A stretch of DNA of 64,000 nucleotides from a bacterium (GTDB lineage: Bacteria; UBA8248): the NCBI GenBank assembly GCA_965199855.1, contig OZ241326.1, positions 160,001 through 224,000 on the forward strand, in the 5' to 3' direction. Shown piece by piece: positions 62,037-64,000 of the stretch. Below the pieces are notes generated by a model that saw only the letters and a program-made list of their open reading frames with translations, had not been told where the DNA came from and did not search any database. The position numbers and the translations under genes were made by a program. The first letter of the stretch is position 1. The number at the start of each line of letters is the position of its first letter.

Positions 62037-63287
62037 CTATTTCTTCAGATTGCAGCCGAGCTGCTTCGCCGGCAGAAGCGTCTCATACGACGAGAGAATC
62101 TCGACCGACTGCGCATACGTCGCGCCGTATCTGGGCTTCTCGAGCTTCTCGATGCCGCCGAGAATGAGCGGCACCTCGGCCATGCGCCCGTTCGGCTGGA
62201 AGTGCATCCTTCCCGCCGGGGCGATCATGTCGATCTTCTCAAGCGCCGCGATGACGGCCCTGCCCTCGGTCGAGCCCGCCTGCTCGATGGCGCTGAACAG
62301 AAGCAGGGCCGCCGTGCCCGCCTGGATGGCCTGCATCCCGGCCACGCGGCCGTGCATCTTGTGGTAGAGCTCGTTGAACCTGCGCGTCATCGGCACCCGC
62401 TCCTCGAGCCGCCACGCGCCCCAGGCGCCCGCCGAGACGATGTGGGTGGACAGGTCCCCCAGCTTGGCGATGAGCCAGTCCGGAAGCCCGATGGGCGCCA
62501 CCAGCACCGCCTGCTTCGTGAGGCCGAACTCGTGCGCCTGCTGGATGAACTGCACGAGCGGCGTCCCCAGCGTGACGGGGATGACCACCGCCGTCGCCCC
62601 CGCCGAGCGAACCTTGGCGATGAACGGCGCCCAGTCCGTGGTGTCGAGCGGGGCGAAGGTCTCCCCGACGTATTTCACCCCCTTGACGATCTTCACCGAG
62701 CGCGCGACCCGGCGGCTCCAGGGGTAGTCGTGGCCCAGGGTGAACCACTTGGCCGCGCGCAGCTTCGGGTTCCGCGTGATGAGGTGCCGCATGGCCGCCA
62801 CGGCCATCTGGGGGGTCGGGTTCGTCTGGAACACCCAGTAGCTGCACTTCTTCCCCGTGATGACGGCGGAGCCGCTGTTCGAGGTGATAATCGGCACGCG
62901 AAGGCGATCCGCCACGGGCAGGAGCGCCAGGGCCTCGAGGGTGCTGGTTCCCAGAATGGCCGCGACGCGATTCCGCTGCACGAGCTTCGTCGCCTTGGTG
63001 ACCGCCACCTGCGCGTTGACCAGGCTGTCCTCGAGGATGAGCTCGACGGGGCGGCCCATGACGGAGCCGTGCATCTTCACGGCCGTCTGAATGCCGGTCG
63101 TGATCTCGTCGCCGATGGGCTTGAGCTTTCCGCTGAGAAACGTCAGGACTCCGATTTTGAGGGGCTTCTTCTGGGCGGCGAAGGCGGAGGAGCCGAAGAC
63201 GGCGGCGAGCGCGAACGGCAAGGCCGCAAGCAGCGCCGCCGGACGGGAAAAGCAGAACCATCGCTTTTTGGCGTCCATCGTTCTCAT
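62037..63287 (-). CDS. ABC substrate-binding protein (LivK/LivJ-like)
   Basis: Signal peptide, LKIGVL..LSG, GRPVELILED, DYPW. Confidence 0.88.
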   Translation of the reverse strand: MRTMDAKKRWFCFSRPAALLAALPFALAAVFGSSAFAAQKKPLKIGVLTFLSGKLKPIGDEITTGIQTAVKMHGSVMGRPVELILEDSLVNAQVAVTKATKLVQRNRVAAILGTSTLEALALLPVADRLRVPIITSNSGSAVITGKKCSYWVFQTNPTPQMAVAAMRHLITRNPKLRAAKWFTLGHDYPWSRRVARSVKIVKGVKYVGETFAPLDTTDWAPFIAKVRSAGATAVVIPVTLGTPLVQFIQQAHEFGLTKQAVLVAPIGLPDWLIAKLGDLSTHIVSAGAWGAWRLEERVPMTRRFNELYHKMHGRVAGMQAIQAGTAALLLFSAIEQAGSTEGRAVIAALEKIDMIAPAGRMHFQPNGRMAEVPLILGGIEKLEKPRYGATYAQSVEILSSYETLLPAKQLGCNLKK

Positions 63288-63451
63288 GATCTCATCCTCC
63301 CTGGTTCCGGTTCCGTGAACGCAGGCGCGGACTTGACTTAAAGGCGCATCCCTCCCCCTGTCCGCGCGAACGGAGAAAAAAGCTCGAGCCTTCCGGCGAA
63401 GCAGCTCCGGCGCGGCCCGCGCAGGCGACCTGGAAAGGATTTCATGGCTTC

Positions 63452-63479
63452 AATATACAAGAAGATTCCCTTGTGTCAA
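63452..63479 (-). promoter_or_regulatory. Sigma70-like promoter of the liv-type operon
   Basis: TTGACA-16 bp-TATATT; the spacer CAAGGGAATCTTCTTG is an imperfect palindrome (possible operator). Confidence 0.6.
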
Positions 63480-63719
63480 CAAACGAAAAAGCGGGGGCGG
63501 GGGCGTCCGGCGGGCAAGGCGGAAAAGAGAGACGGCGCGTCCCCACCGGCGTCGTGGCGAACGACCCGGCGCTTCGGTATATGATCGCCCGGGCGGGAAC
63601 GCGCGCGGGACGGGCGGCGGGCGCGGCCCGCCGCGCCCTTCAGGCCGCGGGCGAATGAGGCGGAAGGCGAAGCCGCCCGAAACGGGGCGGGGAGGAGAGT
63701 TCTTCGAGAGGGGAGTTCG

Positions 63720-64000
63720 GTGCTGCCTCCAGGGTTCATCCTGCTCGCGCTGTGCGCGTCGCTCCTGATCGGCGTGGCGGACTACATCTACGGCCGCGCG
63801 GTCAGAAGCCGCGTCTCTCCGGGGACGATCACGGTCTCGCAGGCGAGCTTCGTCGTTCCCGCCACCTGGATCTGGGCGCAAGGCGAGGGCGCCTACGCAT
63901 GGACGCCTCCCGCCTTCTGGGGAATCGCCGCCGCCTTTTTCACCTTCACCGGCTTCTGGAGCTTCATGAAGAGCGTGGAGCTGGGAGAGGCGAGCGTCAG
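63720..64000 (+). CDS. EamA/DMT-like membrane transporter, partial
   Basis: Manual translation MLPPGFILLALCASLLIGVADYIYG...FWSFMKSVELGEASV; GGGAG RBS; runs off the window. Confidence 0.7.
   Translation, partial: MLPPGFILLALCASLLIGVADYIYGRAVRSRVSPGTITVSQASFVVPATWIWAQGEGAYAWTPPAFWGIAAAFFTFTGFWSFMKSVELGEASV

Overview
GC-rich bacterial chromosome segment. Housekeeping content: pstS(partial)-phoR-phoB, tRNA-Ser(CGA)/tadA, hflKC, ribokinase and nucleoside hydrolase, a complete minus-strand rRNA operon (16S-tRNA-Ile-tRNA-Ala-23S-5S), amtB and gpmI. It also holds many catabolic and transport genes: a sugar-type ABC transporter, a Liv-type ABC transporter, hydantoinase/oxoprolinase A+B, creatininase, cyclase, cupins, a class III aminotransferase and a CoA-transferase III. 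Two things stand out. (1) Four genes that the ORF track splits at in-frame TGA codons look like selenoproteins. Each TGA falls at a redox-Cys position and has a SECIS-like hairpin downstream. They are a tandem pair of peroxiredoxin/AhpC-like genes (U-P-Y-C and a double-Sec U-P-Y-U), an AhpD/CMD-like C-N-Y-U gene followed by a motif-less paralog, and a UGSC protein. (2) A tight four-gene operon at 25.7-30.9 kb encodes a PAPS-reductase-like PP-loop/Cys-rich enzyme, a GHKL-type ATPase and two unknown proteins, with no methyltransferase. It is a candidate undescribed DNA-modification or defence system, preceded by four 21-bp tandem repeats. All calls come from reading motifs by eye; no database searches were run. 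Several start codons were re-chosen from RBS and homology context.
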